32,342 nt of DNA from Tannerella sp. Lineage in GTDB: Bacteria > Bacteroidota > Bacteroidia > Bacteroidales > Tannerellaceae. The stretch lies in contig JAISWC010000177.1 in NCBI GenBank assembly GCA_031271245.1, forward strand, positions 1 to 32,342, written 5' to 3'. The notes under the pieces were generated by a model. It was not told where the DNA came from. It saw only the letters and a list, made by a program, of their open reading frames with translations, and did no database searches. A program made the position numbers and the translations under genes. Below, piece after piece: positions 28,198 to 32,342 of this stretch; the first letter of the stretch is position 1; each line of letters opens with the position of its first letter.

Positions 28198-31100
28198 ATG
28201 AATACATCAAAAATCAGTAAGACGACGCGCAAACTGCGATGCGCAAAAAGAATTTTCTTTTATTTATTCCTGTCGGGATGTCTGGGTATATCATCCTTCG
28301 TCCGGGCACAGTCGATTTCCACTTCGGCTACTGCCGGAAAGGAATTTTATGTCTCGTTTCTCGATAACGGCGCCGCCACTCCGGAAAAGTTACTGCTGAA
28401 AGTGGTGGTCGAGAAACCCTGCCGTATTACAGCCCAATATAACAACACAAACGCCTACTACTGGAATAATACCCCGTTCGCACCGGGCATTTATACGGCG
28501 GAGGTATCGTATGATGACATGGTCGGTACGGGAACGGGAATAACTTCCAAAACTATGACCGTTACTTCGACGGAAGACATTAGTGTGTATGCCATCTATC
28601 ACGCTGCTGCAAGTACGGATGCTACAGTCATTCTGCCCGTTTCGGCCTGGGGAAGCACCTACTTGCCGGCGACAGGGAAACCGGCGACCGGTCACGGGAC
28701 TGCTTATTCCGTTGTGGCAAAGGAAGATAATACCAATATAACTCTGTTGCATGACAACGTCCAGCTTATATCTCTGAATAAAAATGAGGTCTATCATTTT
28801 TATGCACTTTCCGGTAAGGACCTCACAGGGACCATGGTCTTTTCTACTTCTGGTAAGCCGATCGCCGTTTTTAGCGGAGCGCCACTGACCGCCGGCGCCT
28901 CCGGAAACAATTACGGGACTCCATTGAGCACTGGTTCGGACGATCATGGCTACGAGCAGATGTGGAGTATCGACAAATGGGGAAATGACTTTTTTGTCTG
29001 GCCGGCGGGCGATGCTGCCAACGTGGAAGGAATCATAGGGATTGTTGCGCTGCAGAGCGGTACGCAGGTTACCGTTTCCGGAGGCATCAGCGGAGGGCCT
29101 CTCTCCTATAATAACATGACTACGGGAGATAAGGAGTATATCTGCGGGATCTCGGGACTGACGCGGGTTACATCCAACAACCCCATTATGGTATTCACCG
29201 TCCTTCCCGATGCGTCGGTCACCTATATTCCCCCCACGAAAAATCGTGTCACACGCGCGGTGCTGTCTCCGTTTAATCTTACGGATCATGCGTATACGAA
29301 CATTACGACTCATGTCGCTGAAATGTTAATACCGGCCAGGCACTGGAACCGGACGGAGATCAGGGAAAATGGCGGGATCGTTTCCAATGCGACCTGGACG
29401 GTAACTCCCAGCGCCGATTTCCCCGACTGGTACACGGTACGCAAGAATGTGAACGCTACGGACAGGATTGACGTATCCTGCCCCGGCGGACTGCTGGCCT
29501 ACATGTACGGATTCGGAGATGACGAGAGTTACGGTTACCTGGCGGGCGCGGGAGCGTATGATTTCATTGATCTCCCCGACCTCCCCGACAACGTGGTGGA
29601 GACGGACTGCGCCGTTCCGGTGACCGCCATGAACTGGAGTATAAACACCAGCCCGATCCAGCTGGGTAATAATAACATCTCCGTCTATCAGACGCCTTAC
29701 GTGGGCGACCTGGATAATGACGGCCATGTCGAAATTGTCGTGGCCGGCAATTATACCGGCGACTCTACCGTAAACTGGGCATACAGTACGACGAAGATTC
29801 ATGTTTTCGACAGAGGCAACTATACGTCCCAACAGATCACCGTGCCGAAATTTGCCACGGCCGGCCGGGGACAGATCGGCCTGGCCAAGCCGAACGCTAC
29901 TTCGAATGGATACATTGTGGTGGCCGCTATGGACCAATACCTGTATGCCTACAACAAGACGGGAGGTCAGCAATGGGTTCAGCAATGGAAATCGAACAAA
30001 CTCTATACCACGTATACTGGGAGTAACCCCACCGGGTATATATCCGGAAACATTATGTTTTCGGATTTCAACGGTGACGGAAATACGGAAATCGTTACGG
30101 GAGACCGGATTTTTGACCTGGAAAAAGGGAAACTGCTGCTTGACTGCCGGTTTTTAAATGGCAACAAGAATATCAATACCCCCTGTGTATCGGTCATAGA
30201 CGTGACCGGAGACGGCAAGCCCGAACTGGTCTGGGGTGGAAACGTCTATTCCATCGTAATTACAAACCCGTCAGATTCCACGGGAAATTCATACACCCGA
30301 ATTACCCAGGTCACTGATGTGGACGCACTGACCGGGTTGCCCAACGATTTGGTCACGGCTACCATTCCTGCGGATTTTGACCTGGACGGACAGGTGGACA
30401 TTCTGGCTTACGGGAAATCTTATTTTTATGTATATGACCCGTTGAGCGGCAACGTCAAAGTAAAGCACTCCATACTGGCTGCCGACCAGGGCGAGGGAAC
30501 CCCGTTTGTCGGAGACATTGACGGCGACAAATATCCCGAAATCATGTACGGCGAAAGTCCGAGTCCCAATTATTATATTGTTGCATTGGATATAGATGTC
30601 GCCGCCGGTACAGCAAACTTGAAGTGGCGAAAGAAAACGACCGACGAAAGCCAATATACCGGATTGACGCTGTTTGATTTCGACCAGAACGAAACATTTG
30701 AAATCCTGTACAGGGACCATGATTCACTGCGCATATTTAACGGTTACGATCAAAATAGCATGAATGTGGCAGTGGCCAGCATACCCTGTCTTTCGTATAC
30801 GCAAGGCGAATACCCCGTAATAGCCGACGTGGACAACGACGGGGAAGCGGAAATCGTTGTGACCGGCTCGCCGAAGAATGGCGACATGAAAAAAGGATAT
30901 GTTTTTATTTTCAATCCGGGCCCCGGCGCAAGATGGGCGCCGGCGCGCAAGGTATGGAACCAGTACGCTTACAATGTGGTAAACATCAAAGAAGACCTGA
31001 CCGTCCCGAAAAAGATGTTCAACATCGCCACCATCATGGCCGGGCCGGACTCCATTGTCGGCACATGGGACGACATCCAGCCCTTCAACGGCTTCCTGAA

Positions 31101-32342
31101 ACAGGCCACCCGGATAGACCAGTTCGGCAACATGGTCATGTACGCCCCCGACGTGCGGCTGGCGGGCAATCCCGTCTTCACCTACGGCGCCCCAACCAGC
31201 GGCGACTCGCTGCGGATTGTGTACACCGTCTTCAACGCAGGCACATCCGGCTTTCAGTTGCCGCTTCCCGTGAGTCTGTACCGCAACAATGCCACTGTGC
31301 CCGCTATTTTTTCCAAATCCATTTCCCCTGCCGGCATGGAGACCCTCAATCCGGGCGCTTTGCTGACGGACACCATCGTCATCTACAACTTTTCGACGCA
31401 ATACTCGCTGAACGACATCCTGATTCTGCGTCTGAACGACAATGGCAGCGGCAACGGCAACGAACAGTCGGAGTGCAACACGGCCAACAACACGTTTGGA
31501 ATACAACTTCTGGACCTCCTCCTGCAAACGCGCAGCGACACGCGCACGGTGCAGCAGTATTACTGGACGGAAATCGACGTGCTGGCGAACGACATCCTGC
31601 CGGATGCCCTCTTTGCCGGCTCCTTCAGCCTGCTCGATTCCGTCATGCCGGAACACCGTCCCGCGGCCGGCACGCTCTCCGTGACCGGCACGGGCCGCAA
31701 CAGCCGGCTGATCTACCAGAACAACGGCATGGACGGACTGACAGACCACATCGACTCGCTGGTTTACCGCTTCCGCATCAACCCCGGCACGGGCAACGTC
31801 AGGGAAGTCCGCGCCACGGTCTACATCTACATCCTCGAGGAGACGCACGGCGCCTCGACCTGCTCCGACCGTTCCTTCACGGCCACGCTCCGGGGCCCCT
31901 CCGGGGTCAACTTCCGCTGGTACGCGGGGACAACGTTAGGGGATACTACGGTATGTTTCCATGCCGGCGCATCGTACCCGTTCGGCACGCTGACAACCAG
32001 CCGCCCGTGGCAGTGGCAGGTACGACCGGTGAACGTCACCGGCGCCACCGTGCCGTCGAACCTTGCGGACAGTTTCCCGCCGGCATGGCTCACCGTGCAC
32101 GTCACCGACGCCAGCGCGCCGCACCCGATGCGCTGGACGGGACTGAAAGACAGCCTCTGGCACAATCCGGAAAACTGGGTGGAAACGGTGACGGCCAACG
32201 GACAGACGTATGAAACGCCCGTCTCCTGGTCGCCCTCCGCCTGTACGAACGTGGTGATAACGTCCGGCGTACCGCACTACCCCGCACTGGTGGATTCGGC
32301 CTGGTGTAACAATATCCTGGTGCAGGACCGCGCCCTGCTCGC
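28198..32342 (+). CDS. Large secreted adhesin-like protein: IgGFc-binding N-domain, seven FG-GAP-like repeats, CARDB/Ig-like modules; runs off the window
   Basis: Hand-translated frame 1 is open for 1381 codons. Signal peptide ...FVRA-Q; GKEFYVSF, DISVYA, KPIAVFSG, YGFGDDESYGYLAG; DxDxDG-type motifs at 29704, 30064, 30199, 30373, 30511, 30676, 30826; WAPARKVWNQY; ECNTANN; IDVLAND; WTGLKDSLWHNPENW. Confidence 0.9.
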   Translation, partial: MNTSKISKTTRKLRCAKRIFFYLFLSGCLGISSFVRAQSISTSATAGKEFYVSFLDNGAATPEKLLLKVVVEKPCRITAQYNNTNAYYWNNTPFAPGIYTAEVSYDDMVGTGTGITSKTMTVTSTEDISVYAIYHAAASTDATVILPVSAWGSTYLPATGKPATGHGTAYSVVAKEDNTNITLLHDNVQLISLNKNEVYHFYALSGKDLTGTMVFSTSGKPIAVFSGAPLTAGASGNNYGTPLSTGSDDHGYEQMWSIDKWGNDFFVWPAGDAANVEGIIGIVALQSGTQVTVSGGISGGPLSYNNMTTGDKEYICGISGLTRVTSNNPIMVFTVLPDASVTYIPPTKNRVTRAVLSPFNLTDHAYTNITTHVAEMLIPARHWNRTEIRENGGIVSNATWTVTPSADFPDWYTVRKNVNATDRIDVSCPGGLLAYMYGFGDDESYGYLAGAGAYDFIDLPDLPDNVVETDCAVPVTAMNWSINTSPIQLGNNNISVYQTPYVGDLDNDGHVEIVVAGNYTGDSTVNWAYSTTKIHVFDRGNYTSQQITVPKFATAGRGQIGLAKPNATSNGYIVVAAMDQYLYAYNKTGGQQWVQQWKSNKLYTTYTGSNPTGYISGNIMFSDFNGDGNTEIVTGDRIFDLEKGKLLLDCRFLNGNKNINTPCVSVIDVTGDGKPELVWGGNVYSIVITNPSDSTGNSYTRITQVTDVDALTGLPNDLVTATIPADFDLDGQVDILAYGKSYFYVYDPLSGNVKVKHSILAADQGEGTPFVGDIDGDKYPEIMYGESPSPNYYIVALDIDVAAGTANLKWRKKTTDESQYTGLTLFDFDQNETFEILYRDHDSLRIFNGYDQNSMNVAVASIPCLSYTQGEYPVIADVDNDGEAEIVVTGSPKNGDMKKGYVFIFNPGPGARWAPARKVWNQYAYNVVNIKEDLTVPKKMFNIATIMAGPDSIVGTWDDIQPFNGFLKQATRIDQFGNMVMYAPDVRLAGNPVFTYGAPTSGDSLRIVYTVFNAGTSGFQLPLPVSLYRNNATVPAIFSKSISPAGMETLNPGALLTDTIVIYNFSTQYSLNDILILRLNDNGSGNGNEQSECNTANNTFGIQLLDLLLQTRSDTRTVQQYYWTEIDVLANDILPDALFAGSFSLLDSVMPEHRPAAGTLSVTGTGRNSRLIYQNNGMDGLTDHIDSLVYRFRINPGTGNVREVRATVYIYILEETHGASTCSDRSFTATLRGPSGVNFRWYAGTTLGDTTVCFHAGASYPFGTLTTSRPWQWQVRPVNVTGATVPSNLADSFPPAWLTVHVTDASAPHPMRWTGLKDSLWHNPENWVETVTANGQTYETPVSWSPSACTNVVITSGVPHYPALVDSAWCNNILVQDRALL

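Noticed and set aside
30933-32213. 426-aa plus-strand ORF and other ORF-track calls between 28390 and 32287
   Set aside because: They overlap the real frame-1 adhesin gene and give Arg/His-rich off-frame translations.

Overview
High-GC Bacteroidales (Bacteroidota) chromosomal segment, judged from TAnnTTTG -7 promoter boxes, a SusC/SusD pair and a PtpA-type peptidase. Housekeeping genes: PDZ/DUF4136-like protein, mutS2, fmt, a THUMP/RlmL-type methyltransferase with a 4x42-aa repeat tail, ptpA, a Cof-HAD/hotdog fusion, a DUF5686-type outer-membrane protein, a Tat-exported Gfo/Idh/MocA oxidoreductase and rlmD. A FecR-SusC-SusD-metallophosphoesterase-Big_2 lipoprotein locus lacks both an ECF sigma and any glycoside hydrolase. 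A >1380-aa IgGFc-binding/FG-GAP surface protein (28198 to window end) is absent from the ORF track. The most unusual signal is two sequence-unrelated modules of the same design (10.2-10.7 kb, minus; 26.9-27.4 kb, plus): -7 promoter box, ~220-240 nt leader, 11-13 palindrome-containing 21-bp units readable as heptads, AT-rich spacer, then a start codon with only a short ORF. Several intergenic regions also hold apparent deletion scars (HepT/DUF86-like toxin, FecR stub, truncated lipoprotein). Family calls come from motif recognition, not database searches.
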